Below are positions 40,203 to 50,690 of a stretch of DNA of 64,000 nucleotides, piece by piece. This DNA is from a virus (Duplodnaviria; Caudoviricetes). Position 1 is the first letter of the stretch. Every line of letters begins with the position of its first letter. The translations under genes and the position numbers were made by a program. Below the pieces are notes generated by a model, which saw only the letters and a program-made list of their open reading frames with translations, had not been told where the DNA came from and did not search any database. The DNA lies in IMG/VR virus record IMGVR_UViG_3300028197_001778, positions 364-64,363 of that record. The stretch is one strand, 5' to 3'.

Positions 40203-43200
40203 TTAACCTTGATCACTAATGATGATGTCTGTAAGAGTGTTTGAGGCTTCACCAACCTCTATGTATAAATCATTAATTGGTGTTATTCTTATAGTTACAT
40301 CTATAGCACCGTTATCGCCAGGTGCATAGATTCTAAAACGATTTGTATCGCTTATATATGAGACAGACGTATTTGTGTTTTGCGGTCCACCATTACTGGT
40401 ATTATCAGGTAGCAAAGCTTGTACATTTACATAATATGGAACATCATCTATTGGGTTTAGTACAGATAAAACGACTCCTGTATATGGCTTTGCATCTTCT
40501 AGAGATGATGTTAATGGAGAAATATCATCTCCTCCTTGATTACCCGTCATTTCTATTTTAAAGCCAGTAGCTCCCGTAGGCAAGTCCGCTGCTTGTACTT
40601 CTGCATAATATTGGGTTCCGTTTGAAGCATCACTTACAAGACTTATAGTGTATTCTCCATCTTCATCTGTGTTGTTTATTGGTGTTGTTGGTGATATTGG
40701 CGTTGTTGAAGCTTCGGATATTGTCGGTGTGGGTGTGGGACTTAATTGAGGTAATTCCGGATTACCAGATGATATGCTGCCTGTTGAAGATACTGTTTGT
40801 GTTGGTGTCGATGTTGAGGTACTAGTTTGCGTTACTTCAGGAGTAGCCGAAAGTGATAGAGAAACACTTATCGTAGGAGTCGGCGTAGAAGTTGGTTCTA
40901 TTTTTTTTACTTTGACATTTGAAGACAAACCTACATTGTAACCATCAACAGACTTGATGTCTCTCCAATTTCCTTCAAATATTACCTGGGGCTTTTCAAT
41001 ATATTCTATTTCTTCTGAAGTTAAAGATTTGTCTAAATTAGAACCCCAGCCATATAATTTGCCGTTTGATATGGCTAAAGAATAATCTTTACTCGCAGCT
41101 ATGTTACTCCATTGAATATCATCATTTACCTTGACAAACTGGTCATTAGACTCAAATATAGTACCTCCAGAATCACCACTACCTGAACTATCTACAGCAG
41201 TAATTGCATTTGGCAAGGTATCACTATTGGTAGCGTATTTAGTATAAGATTTTGTTGTTGAATTATAATAAGCAGCTTTATACCATTCGTTAATATTACA
41301 AATCCATAAAAACTTTTCAGTAGTAGGGCTTGCACTGGTTCTTTTTATAGTAGAAATTTCAGTTTCATAAGCTAGGTGAATATTGTTAAGAGTATTTTTT
41401 TCATCAGAACCAAATTCTAAATATTGAGTTATAGAAAAACTTATGTTATAAACCCCATTGTTTAATATCTGATGTGTCGGAGGGTGATAGAAATTATTAA
41501 ATTTCCAATTAACATATCTTAACTTATTACTCAATAAAAGATAATTTACTGGTTTATTCGCCATATTTGATTTACAAACATAATTATTTTCATTAATATC
41601 GTATGTTATACCTTGTAAATCATTTTGCATGTCTTCCCATAAGTTGTACGTTAAGGATTGATCTTTGTTATAGTTTAAAAATTCTACGTACTCTTTATTA
41701 GTAACGGGATATTTAGATATAGAATATTCATATTCGACAGTCCCTAAATTGTTTGTATCTGCTATATTATTTGCATCATTAATTAATATAAATTCATCAT
41801 CTTTTTGTTTTTGATTAAAAAATTCTAAATCTGGAGAAGAACAAAGCCTAAATCCAATTTCAGGAGATCTAACATTACAATTTGCCGTTTCAACAACAGA
41901 TGTCATCTCCCCTAAAATAGATCCATAAGACCCTCCTAATATTGGTAAATTATCTGTGTACTTGCTGTTTGAAGCCAAAACCATATCAAAAGTATTACCG
42001 TTTTGATCATAAGTCCCATAAGCACTAGATCTACCATTGGTTCCAATAGTAGTAATTTTATTTGTGTTATCGTGATGATGATGTTGATTTTGTACCGACA
42101 GACCTCCAGTACCACTAATACTAATAGTTCCGATCATACTGGAGTGAAATTGACAAACGTAATACAAAGTACTTGGAGCATTTGAAGGAACATTAAATAT
42201 TATAGAGCCACTAGAAGTTCCATTACCTGAAACTCCACTACTATACTGACTACCCGATCCTGTACTAGCAGATGTTTTTATAAAAAATGGATGACCACTA
42301 GCACTAATATTAAATAAATAACTACCACCCCTAATTAAGTTAAGAGTGGGATTACTAGATCCGTTTATTGCATAAGATGAAGCTCCTATGTTGCTAACAG
42401 AAAAAGTTTGGTCATAACCAGAACCAGAAGAAGCTGATGATTGAGATATGCTAACAGTAGGAGTAGGTGTCGGAGTAGCTGGTACTCCTATAGGACTGCT
42501 ACTTACTGATACGCTAGGAGTGGGTGTCATTGTCACAACCATACCACTAGTTGTAGGAGTAATAGAGGGTGTTGGTGTTTGGGTAACTTGCTCTGCACTT
42601 ATAGAAGGTGTAGGTGTTTGAGTTACCTCTATTTGCTGCTGACTATTACCACTTAAAGATATAGTCGGAGTAGCAGATGGTGTAACATTAGGATCTGTTG
42701 AAACGTTTGATTCTGTTGGTGTCGGTGTTGCTTCTGTGTCTGAAGATAAAGATGTTGTGGGTGTAGGTGTAATATTTTCCTCAAGAGATACTGAAGGCGT
42801 TGCTGTTGGTGTTGCATCTACATCAATAGAAACTGTGGGTGTTGGTGTGGGACTTGCCTCTACAGCTTCAGGAATATCACCTATTGCAGCATTAATAGTA
42901 TTAGAAGGAGTTATGCTTTGCGTAATTGATACACTAGGTGTCGGGGTGGGAGTAAAAAATCTTGTAGGTGTTGGCGTTATACCGTCTAAGTTAGTCCATG
43001 CTGCTTTGCTATCATAATTTGCATAATTTTGAGCATTGTCTAAAAGTCTAACTCCTAGTTGATAATTAGTGTTGTCCCCATAGGCGTAAATCACACCATT
43101 TTTTAAAATCAAAGCATGACGATTACCTACAGATATAGGATACTCATTTTTAAAGTCTCTATCGACAGTTTTTGTCTCGTTGCCATTTATAGAATCATTT

Positions 43201-44900
43201 CCAATTAAGTGTAATCTATCATCATCTTTTCTTTTAGCAAAAGACAGGCTATCATAAGAAAAAACTTTTTCCCATCCATAATTAAGAGAATTGTCAGTAA
43301 AATACGGTATAAAAGATTTTGTTTCTCTTCCGTGTACACTTCCAGAAAAATAAATATTTCCGGAATCACTAATTATAAAAGTATGATGCTTACCACAAGA
43401 AATATCTATATATTGTAAATTATTAAGTTGTCTAGGAAATTGAATGTATAATTCTTTTTCGTCTGTTGTTGCTAATTGACCATTGTTATTATCTCCCCAA
43501 CGAAATATATTATTATTAGCATTAATTACATAAGTAAATTTATTTCCTACTGAAACCTTATACGGGTCTTGAAATATATTATTTATCGTGTATCCTAATT
43601 TTTGGACATCTTGTTTAGGGTTCGATAAATTAATACCTAGTTGATATTTATCATTATGACCGAAAGGTAAAAATACTCTTTTTGAGTCTATTATTGCCTC
43701 AACTATATTATGGTCCGATCCACTTGTAATATCTAAATAAACACTTGCTATATCAGAAGCTCTAAATATGTCAGTAATCTGTTTAAATTCATCACTCTTT
43801 CCCCAGGTATAAATAAAATCAATAGGTCGTGGAGTAGGACTAGGTTCTGGAGAAGGTCTAGGTGTTCCTGATCTTGATACCGAAATACTTGGAGTAATAG
43901 TTGTCGTTGGTTGCGGAGTTTCCTGAGGGGCGACTATTAATTCTCTGTTTTCTATATCTAACTTACTAATTTTAATTTTTTCAGCAAGAACATACGACAA
44001 CGATTCGTAATCATCTATATTCTTCTTGGTGTCAAAAAATATATTATTAGATTGTATATTTAACCAATCTGTATTTATGTTGTCATAATAGTTTTTATCT
44101 TTTAACAAAGCAAACAATACTCTTTTAATACTGTTTGTTTGTTCAAAATAAATTCCACCACTAATATTTCTTAAGTCATTAACATTTACAGATCCGTTAT
44201 ATATAGATTGATATAAATAGGACGTATTGCTCAAATCTACAGAATTAAATATTTTTTCTGAAACTTGAGTTTCTTTGTCTGATAATAGTTCTAAAAACCT
44301 GTTGTATCTTTGGTTTTGTTTAACAGTAAAGGTATCTAATTTTTTTATGTTTATTAAATTAGCATTATCTATAGATTCTGCTAAGGAATTGTTGACAATA
44401 TGATTTGAACCACTAATATTTATGTTGTTGACATGTTTTAAAATCTTATAAGGCTTATATGAAACAAATTTAATATTAACACAATTATCTATGATTTTAG
44501 AAAAACGAGTTGAGATCGTTGTACTATCTATAAAAATACAATCTTCTATATATGCTCTATGGGTTTCTCCTGTAGATGTTTCTAATTCAACGTAGGGAGT
44601 GTCTTCTTTTTTTTCGTAGTTACCAATAAACTTAAGAGCACCACCATCATTACTTACTAAACTACCAAAAATATCTGAATTAAATTGTAAATTAATGACA
44701 TTGGTTAAAACCTTAAAAGAGATATATTGTCTAATAGAGTTTAAATTTAAATCATCTTCTGTTCTAGATCTGTAATCTGAAGCTAATATGTCAAATTTAA
44801 TATTATCATAGGCATTAACGAAATAAGAAACCTTATTTTTTGAAATAAGATTTTTGTTATTATCTATATAAAATCCATATATCCATTGCAATTTATTCAT
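40203..44900 (-). CDS. Multidomain protein: RCC1 repeats, TP linkers, cupredoxin-like and FGE/SUMF1-like domains (1565 aa)
   Basis: FRWGDNNNGQLA, ISCGKHHT, LYGWGSN; GHPF...LYYVCQFHSSM; YGTYDQNGN, IGFRL, SKYPVTNKEY, NEWYKAAYY. Confidence 0.8.
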   Translation of the reverse strand: MNKLQWIYGFYIDNNKNLISKNKVSYFVNAYDNIKFDILASDYRSRTEDDLNLNSIRQYISFKVLTNVINLQFNSDIFGSLVSNDGGALKFIGNYEKKEDTPYVELETSTGETHRAYIEDCIFIDSTTISTRFSKIIDNCVNIKFVSYKPYKILKHVNNINISGSNHIVNNSLAESIDNANLINIKKLDTFTVKQNQRYNRFLELLSDKETQVSEKIFNSVDLSNTSYLYQSIYNGSVNVNDLRNISGGIYFEQTNSIKRVLFALLKDKNYYDNINTDWLNIQSNNIFFDTKKNIDDYESLSYVLAEKIKISKLDIENRELIVAPQETPQPTTTITPSISVSRSGTPRPSPEPSPTPRPIDFIYTWGKSDEFKQITDIFRASDIASVYLDITSGSDHNIVEAIIDSKRVFLPFGHNDKYQLGINLSNPKQDVQKLGYTINNIFQDPYKVSVGNKFTYVINANNNIFRWGDNNNGQLATTDEKELYIQFPRQLNNLQYIDISCGKHHTFIISDSGNIYFSGSVHGRETKSFIPYFTDNSLNYGWEKVFSYDSLSFAKRKDDDRLHLIGNDSINGNETKTVDRDFKNEYPISVGNRHALILKNGVIYAYGDNTNYQLGVRLLDNAQNYANYDSKAAWTNLDGITPTPTRFFTPTPTPSVSITQSITPSNTINAAIGDIPEAVEASPTPTPTVSIDVDATPTATPSVSLEENITPTPTTSLSSDTEATPTPTESNVSTDPNVTPSATPTISLSGNSQQQIEVTQTPTPSISAEQVTQTPTPSITPTTSGMVVTMTPTPSVSVSSSPIGVPATPTPTPTVSISQSSASSGSGYDQTFSVSNIGASSYAINGSSNPTLNLIRGGSYLFNISASGHPFFIKTSASTGSGSQYSSGVSGNGTSSGSIIFNVPSNAPSTLYYVCQFHSSMIGTISISGTGGLSVQNQHHHHDNTNKITTIGTNGRSSAYGTYDQNGNTFDMVLASNSKYTDNLPILGGSYGSILGEMTSVVETANCNVRSPEIGFRLCSSPDLEFFNQKQKDDEFILINDANNIADTNNLGTVEYEYSISKYPVTNKEYVEFLNYNKDQSLTYNLWEDMQNDLQGITYDINENNYVCKSNMANKPVNYLLLSNKLRYVNWKFNNFYHPPTHQILNNGVYNISFSITQYLEFGSDEKNTLNNIHLAYETEISTIKRTSASPTTEKFLWICNINEWYKAAYYNSTTKSYTKYATNSDTLPNAITAVDSSGSGDSGGTIFESNDQFVKVNDDIQWSNIAASKDYSLAISNGKLYGWGSNLDKSLTSEEIEYIEKPQVIFEGNWRDIKSVDGYNVGLSSNVKVKKIEPTSTPTPTISVSLSLSATPEVTQTSTSTSTPTQTVSSTGSISSGNPELPQLSPTPTPTISEASTTPISPTTPINNTDEDGEYTISLVSDASNGTQYYAEVQAADLPTGATGFKIEMTGNQGGDDISPLTSSLEDAKPYTGVVLSVLNPIDDVPYYVNVQALLPDNTSNGGPQNTNTSVSYISDTNRFRIYAPGDNGAIDVTIRITPINDLYIEVGEASNTLTDIIISDQG

Positions 44901-45063
44901 CTGTATAATTACTAATATTAAAGGTATTTAATATGTCTGCAGTTTCCTTATCTTTTTCTATAATTATATATAGGTATTCTACTGTCTCTTTGATCTCTGA
45001 ATTTATATTATTATTACTACTGTATTCTATTTCTGTATTTTTAAAATCAGATAATTTAATCAT
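44893..45063 (-). CDS. Unlisted 56 aa acidic protein
   Basis: ATG overlaps the upstream TAA (TAATG at 45061-45065); MIKLSDFKNTEIEY...NYTDE*; its stop overlaps the next gene's start. Confidence 0.55.
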   Translation of the reverse strand: MIKLSDFKNTEIEYSSNNNINSEIKETVEYLYIIIEKDKETADILNTFNISNYTDE

Positions 45064-47336
45064 TAATAACATTCCTGGAAACGATTAGTATAAACCAGAA
45101 TTGTATTGTGATCTACTAGCCCGCTTATACTATCTTTGACTTTTATACTCAAATTCATAATAGTTACTGATCCGCTAAAATCTAATCTAACAGCTATATT
45201 TTGATCTGAGCCACTTGCTGTAATTACAAACTTGCCATCTTCTTCTCTTAAATTAGTAACAACACTAACTTCAGATGCCTGATTTATAGTGTCTTGAATA
45301 TCTATTTCATATTTTCTTCCTACTTCTAATCTATTTAATTGTATTTTAATGTTTTTAGATAACATCATAGGAGTTTGAGAAGTAGTAGGTGTCGTTGTAG
45401 GATCTGGTGTTGGAGTTTGACTATTAGTAGGAGTAACAGTACTTGTTATTGTTGCTGTAGGAGTATTTCCAGGAGTTGAACTATTTGAAGGAGTTACACT
45501 ATTGGTAGGAGTGTTACTAACTGTTTGACTGTTTGTTGGAGTACTTGTTGTTCCAGGAGTTCCCGTTGGTAAAGGTGTTAATGGAGGGGTTTCTGTTTGT
45601 GTTAAGGTTTGTGTTGGGGTAGGAGTAGACGTTTTAGTAACAGAAGGAGTTGGTGTGTGAGTAGGAAGGGGTAACTCACCTGATACAACAAAAGCATTTT
45701 GCACATTCTGTAACTGATACATCTTATTACTGTCTAAACTGTAAGCATAAATAATTTGATTATCTGCACTGTTTAATATAGTTCTAAAATCTTGCAAAGA
45801 ATATTGGGAGGTGGTATCTACATCATCATATTCTAGATTAGTTTTCGAATAAATAAGTTTGTCTATTTGTAGAATACCGTTTGCAGCAAAATTAGAGCCA
45901 GAATTAAAAATGTGAGCATATCGGGATCTGTCTAATGTAAACAAATTATATTCAGAAGGTTTATTTAAAATGACAAAAACATTTCTCTCTAATACAGGAC
46001 TAGGAGAAAATGATGGGGTCGTTGTTTGGGTAGGTGTTGTAGTAGGGGTCTCTGTGGTTGTTGCTGTTGCTGTTATTGTTGGCGTCGGTGTTTGAGTCGG
46101 ACAATAGACATCGTCGGTATATCCTGTAACATACGCATGATTTGTAACTAAAGTTTTCCCAAGAACAAATATCCTATTTTCAGTGTCTGTCGTTCTTCTA
46201 ATATAAAGTTTGTCAAAATTCTGGTCTTCTGTTAATTTATTAACTAGCTCATCAATCGTCCAGTAATCTGAATCTATTTGAGGATTGGCTTTTTTAGGTA
46301 TTCTGTTGTCTACTTTAAAATAATCACCAGCATCACCATCATAAACTAAAATACTAGGGATTAAAGACTCAACCCCATAACATAAGCCTGTGACTGTAGA
46401 AGCAACATAATAATAAGAATAATCAGTTTGCGGTCTTGTCTGAGTAGGTGTCGGAGTAGAAGTATTAGTGCGAGTAAGTGTAGGAGTATTAGATTTTGTT
46501 GGGCTTTGAGTAGGAGTACTAGTTCTTGTATTTGTAGGAGTTAATGTTGGTGTCGCAGTTGGAGTTTCTGTATTCGTGGGAGTAAAACTAGGAGTAAGAC
46601 TAGGAGTGGCAGTATAAGTCGGTGTTACGGTTTGAGTTGGACACAAAGCGAAATCAATTACTTTAACAGCACTAACATCATTTTCATCTTTTTGTACAGT
46701 GTATATTACATTCTCTTTAATTTGTCTTACATAAAAAGTTTTAGATCCTGCGAAGTGGAATGCGTTTAAATCAATAAGTTCATCAATAGTATATTTATCG
46801 GACAACTCTGATTCATAAATTTTATCTCCAACTTCTAAAACTTTGTCTCTATCATAAATAGGGATCTCTTTCCAAGTGCTACCAAAACCGACACTTGATG
46901 TCGGAGTGGGAGTTTCTGTACTTGTAGGAGTAGGTTCGATTGCGCTATCTGTTGTACAATCTACAGTAATAAAATCTAGAACATTTATGTCAGGTATCTC
47001 TGCTTTAATAACGTTGAATCTAGACCTTGTTAAAAATACTAAAACTCTAAACTCAACATAAGCATTTGTAGTATTTGCGTCATTTGTATAATTAAAAGTA
47101 AAAGTTTTTGTTTGATCCAGATCTCCAAATTTTAATGCTGTAGCACCTGCTCCATTAACACTATTAACAGTTATACTACCAAAAGCATGACTACCTGAAG
47201 TATTTTCTCTAGTGAAAACTATAGTTTTTGCACCAGGTGTTGTGTCTGAGAACCTTAAAAGTAATTCAACACCTTGAGAGCATTCTTGAAAATTGTTCAG
47301 TTTTAATAAAGTTTGTGTAAAATTAATAGTTGCCAT
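45063..47336 (-). CDS. TP-linker array protein (N-domain, 3 middle domains, C-domain)
   Basis: CSQG..L...ITVDC; IPIYDRD...FALCP; YYVASTVTGLC...VYCP; TP tracts. Confidence 0.8.
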   Translation of the reverse strand: MATINFTQTLLKLNNFQECSQGVELLLRFSDTTPGAKTIVFTRENTSGSHAFGSITVNSVNGAGATALKFGDLDQTKTFTFNYTNDANTTNAYVEFRVLVFLTRSRFNVIKAEIPDINVLDFITVDCTTDSAIEPTPTSTETPTPTSSVGFGSTWKEIPIYDRDKVLEVGDKIYESELSDKYTIDELIDLNAFHFAGSKTFYVRQIKENVIYTVQKDENDVSAVKVIDFALCPTQTVTPTYTATPSLTPSFTPTNTETPTATPTLTPTNTRTSTPTQSPTKSNTPTLTRTNTSTPTPTQTRPQTDYSYYYVASTVTGLCYGVESLIPSILVYDGDAGDYFKVDNRIPKKANPQIDSDYWTIDELVNKLTEDQNFDKLYIRRTTDTENRIFVLGKTLVTNHAYVTGYTDDVYCPTQTPTPTITATATTTETPTTTPTQTTTPSFSPSPVLERNVFVILNKPSEYNLFTLDRSRYAHIFNSGSNFAANGILQIDKLIYSKTNLEYDDVDTTSQYSLQDFRTILNSADNQIIYAYSLDSNKMYQLQNVQNAFVVSGELPLPTHTPTPSVTKTSTPTPTQTLTQTETPPLTPLPTGTPGTTSTPTNSQTVSNTPTNSVTPSNSSTPGNTPTATITSTVTPTNSQTPTPDPTTTPTTSQTPMMLSKNIKIQLNRLEVGRKYEIDIQDTINQASEVSVVTNLREEDGKFVITASGSDQNIAVRLDFSGSVTIMNLSIKVKDSISGLVDHNTILVYTNRFQECY

Positions 47337-47342
47337 AATTAT

Positions 47343-48638
47343 TTATCCGTCCACGCAGTTAAATATAAAAAATTCATCTTCTGTAATGTCCGCAGTATCA
47401 TCTTTAATAGTCAATTTAATTAAAAACTTAGTACTACTACCTGTATAGCTTGCGACAATATTAATATTGTGTTTAGTTTCATTTGCTTTAAAAGTTTCTG
47501 TAGAAGGTTCTATTCTAGCAAACTTTTTCTCAGAAGGATGAACGACAGAGAAAGTAAATGAGTAATCATTTGAAAGTGTTAAATTGCCTACTTCTACAAT
47601 AAATGAAGAAATATTAGAGCAGTTCATGTTGAATTCGTTACTTAAAATTTCTTGATCTAAAGTAAATCTATCTATACTAAATTTTTTAGTTGTGTGATAA
47701 GGAACAATATCGTCTGCTTTGGGAGGTAGAGAACAAACATCGTCCGAAATATGGGATAAATAATATTGCTTAGATTTTAACAGTTGTGTAGAAGAAACAG
47801 TAACTGTTGGAGTCGCTGTGTTTGTTGGTGTTGTTGTTGGTGTAGCAGAAGCTGTATTTGTTGGCGTTAGTGTAGCAGTAGGTGAGACTGTTGGTGTTAT
47901 AGTATTAGTTGGTGAAAAAGATGGTGTTGGAGTAGGAGATGGACAAAGCACAAAGTCTATTACGGAAGCACCGTTGTCTCCTGTGTCTTGTACTTTATAT
48001 ATAACGTTTTCTTTTTCTTTTCTGACGTATAAAGTGTCACTATTACTAAAGCTATTATTTAAGTTATTAAACTCATATTTTTCTAATGTGTTATTTTTGA
48101 ATAAATCTTCATTAAGATTTAAAGCAGACTCTGTATCACCTGCGCTGTCGTAAACGTATAACCTCTCATATAAAGAGTGAGTTCCGTTTGTACTACTCAT
48201 AGTAGGAGTAGCAGTACTTGTAGGAGTCGGGGTAATAGGATTAAAAATAATCTCTCCGACCCCAGGTTGTTGACAGTCTATTGTTAAATAATCAATAATT
48301 TCAGAATTTACACCTAATTCAGCTTTAAATACAGAAAGCTTAGCTTCTGCAATTAGAATCCTGGATGTCACAACAACAGCTTGGTTAGCGACAGAAGTAT
48401 CATAATCAAATGTTAAGATTAATTTTTCACCAAAAGTTTTAGAAACATTACTGATACCTGTCACACTATCAAAACTAGCATCGGTGAATACATGCCGACC
48501 AATGTTACTAGATTTACTAATTGTTACCGTATTAGAAACCTCACTAGGATATATCGTAAAAATTACATTTAGTCCTGAAGTACATTCAGCAGAACTTGTT
48601 GTTTCTATAATCGTATTATTAAATAATATTTTAGACAT
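47343..48638 (-). CDS. TP-linker array protein
   Basis: CTSG...LTIDC; LYVYD...DFVLCP; YYLSHISDDVC...FFIFNC. Confidence 0.8.
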   Translation of the reverse strand: MSKILFNNTIIETTSSAECTSGLNVIFTIYPSEVSNTVTISKSSNIGRHVFTDASFDSVTGISNVSKTFGEKLILTFDYDTSVANQAVVVTSRILIAEAKLSVFKAELGVNSEIIDYLTIDCQQPGVGEIIFNPITPTPTSTATPTMSSTNGTHSLYERLYVYDSAGDTESALNLNEDLFKNNTLEKYEFNNLNNSFSNSDTLYVRKEKENVIYKVQDTGDNGASVIDFVLCPSPTPTPSFSPTNTITPTVSPTATLTPTNTASATPTTTPTNTATPTVTVSSTQLLKSKQYYLSHISDDVCSLPPKADDIVPYHTTKKFSIDRFTLDQEILSNEFNMNCSNISSFIVEVGNLTLSNDYSFTFSVVHPSEKKFARIEPSTETFKANETKHNINIVASYTGSSTKFLIKLTIKDDTADITEDEFFIFNCVDG

Positions 48639-48641
48639 AAT

Positions 48642-50690
48642 TTATCCAGAACATGAGAAAATGAAAAATTCGTTTTCGGTTATACTAGTTGTCAAATTTT
48701 CGATTGAAAACTTAACCAATATTTTATTAGATGAGCCACTATAAAAAGATATGATATTAATATTTTGAATAATCTCTTTAGCTATAAAAGTTTCTTGATT
48801 AGGTTGAACACTAAAACCTGATTCATTACCATGTACAACACTAAAGTTAAACTTGTATCTATTGCCAACAGTAAGATTTCCTAACTTAACAATAAAGCTA
48901 CTACCATTGACACAATCAAATTCAAATTCATTATTTACAATCTGATTATCTGTAGTAAATCTGTCTACTGTAATATTTTTTGTTTTATGATAAGGATCTA
49001 TAGCATCATTATCTGGTGGCAAATCACAAACATTATGTATACTATCAGACATAAAATATAATTCTACATTTCTAACATCTGTGGCTGATGGGGTAATAGT
49101 TGATGTAACTGTAGATGTGTTTGTAACAGTAGGTGTCTGTGTTGCAGTTGGTACTGGTGTTTTATTAGGAGTGTTAGTTTGTGTTGCTGTGGGTGTTTGT
49201 GTTGTGGTGCTGGATGGTGTTATAGTAGCTGTGGGACTATTTGTAGGTGTGGTGCTAGGAGTAACCGGAGGTGTCGGTGTTGGAGTAGGACACAATATAT
49301 AGTCAGCTATTTTAACAAAGTCAGTATTCTGTAAATTAATAGTGCCATAGGCTCCGTTTCCTGCTGGACTAGATGCATAATAAAGAGTATCTATATTTTC
49401 TGAATGAAGAACATCAATAGTAATAGTTCCATTAGCCGTACCAATAATATCATCATAGTTTTGAGCAAGATTAAGTTCTCCTGCAACTTTTTGTATCCAG
49501 AAAGCATACTGACCAGTATTAACACTGAAGTTGTATCTAGAATTTTTCTTTAGATTTAGCGTTGGGTTTAATTCTCCGTCAATTAAAAATCCCACCTTAT
49601 CCGAAGTATAATTAGCTTTTAATTTGATGGAAGAAGAACTATTCCCGTTCGTAATATTAAAAGAAATAGTGTCATCTTTGTTAACAGAAATTGTTATTGG
49701 AGAAATGTTTGTAAATGGATTGAGTGTGGTAACTTTATTATCTACAGTCTCTATTACTGCATTATTCTTTTTGATTTCTATTCTAGAATCTACAGAAAAA
49801 ATAAAATTAGGTTCTTCTTGACCAATCTTTAATGTTATTTCTCCATCATGCTTAGCTGTTATAATAAGATCTTTATTGCCTACGTCATATCTTTCTGTAA
49901 TCAAAGGATTACTTGGATTGCCTAAATTCAATCTTGCAACAGAAGTAGCTTGTCCTACCGAATTGTGTGTAAGAGATTTGTCGTCTAAGGTTACGCTAAC
50001 AGCTATGGTTTCTACTATATCATCTGTTGTGTATTTTTCTAGTTTAAATAAAACATTCTCTCCACTCTTTTTAATATATAAATCATCTTTACCTGGTATA
50101 GTTTGCACAATACCCTTCAAATCAGACAATGCCCAAAACTGAGCACCTTTTGAGTCTTTATATATTTTTTCTTCTAATCTTAAATTTTGACTTTTGTCGT
50201 AAACTTGTATTTCAGCTACACTATCTGGTACAACAGTAGTGCTCGATGTAATAGAGGGTGTGTAAGTAGGAGTAGTAGTAGGAGTAGCTGTGGCTGTTGG
50301 CGTTGCAGAAGGTAATAGAGCTGTAGGGTCGCATATAATAGTTATAAAATCTTCTACAGGTTCCAAGGATGAATTTGTTGTATTTGATAGAGAGCCTATT
50401 AAAACAAAAGCTGCTATGTTTTCAAATTGAGAGAAAACAGTAATCGATTGTTCAGAAGAAGTGGCTTCAAAAGTATAATGCTGTGTATTATCATCAACTA
50501 CTACAAAAGACTGTCCTGATGAGTTATTTAACTTAAAACTTAAAGATCCTTCGTCTTTAGTTTTTTGTAAAGTTAATTTATATGAATTTCCACTAACAAG
50601 CTCAGATAGAGATACTACAAAAGACCTGCCAGTTTGACATTCATTGGCATTATTAAAAACTAATTTTGTACTTGCAAATTTAATCTTCAT
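48642..50690 (-). CDS. TP-linker array protein with an insert of about 230 aa
   Basis: CQTG...ITIIC; IQVYDK...[insert]...DYILCP; YFMSDSIHNVC...FFIFSC. Confidence 0.8.
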   Translation of the reverse strand: MKIKFASTKLVFNNANECQTGRSFVVSLSELVSGNSYKLTLQKTKDEGSLSFKLNNSSGQSFVVVDDNTQHYTFEATSSEQSITVFSQFENIAAFVLIGSLSNTTNSSLEPVEDFITIICDPTALLPSATPTATATPTTTPTYTPSITSSTTVVPDSVAEIQVYDKSQNLRLEEKIYKDSKGAQFWALSDLKGIVQTIPGKDDLYIKKSGENVLFKLEKYTTDDIVETIAVSVTLDDKSLTHNSVGQATSVARLNLGNPSNPLITERYDVGNKDLIITAKHDGEITLKIGQEEPNFIFSVDSRIEIKKNNAVIETVDNKVTTLNPFTNISPITISVNKDDTISFNITNGNSSSSIKLKANYTSDKVGFLIDGELNPTLNLKKNSRYNFSVNTGQYAFWIQKVAGELNLAQNYDDIIGTANGTITIDVLHSENIDTLYYASSPAGNGAYGTINLQNTDFVKIADYILCPTPTPTPPVTPSTTPTNSPTATITPSSTTTQTPTATQTNTPNKTPVPTATQTPTVTNTSTVTSTITPSATDVRNVELYFMSDSIHNVCDLPPDNDAIDPYHKTKNITVDRFTTDNQIVNNEFEFDCVNGSSFIVKLGNLTVGNRYKFNFSVVHGNESGFSVQPNQETFIAKEIIQNINIISFYSGSSNKILVKFSIENLTTSITENEFFIFSCSG

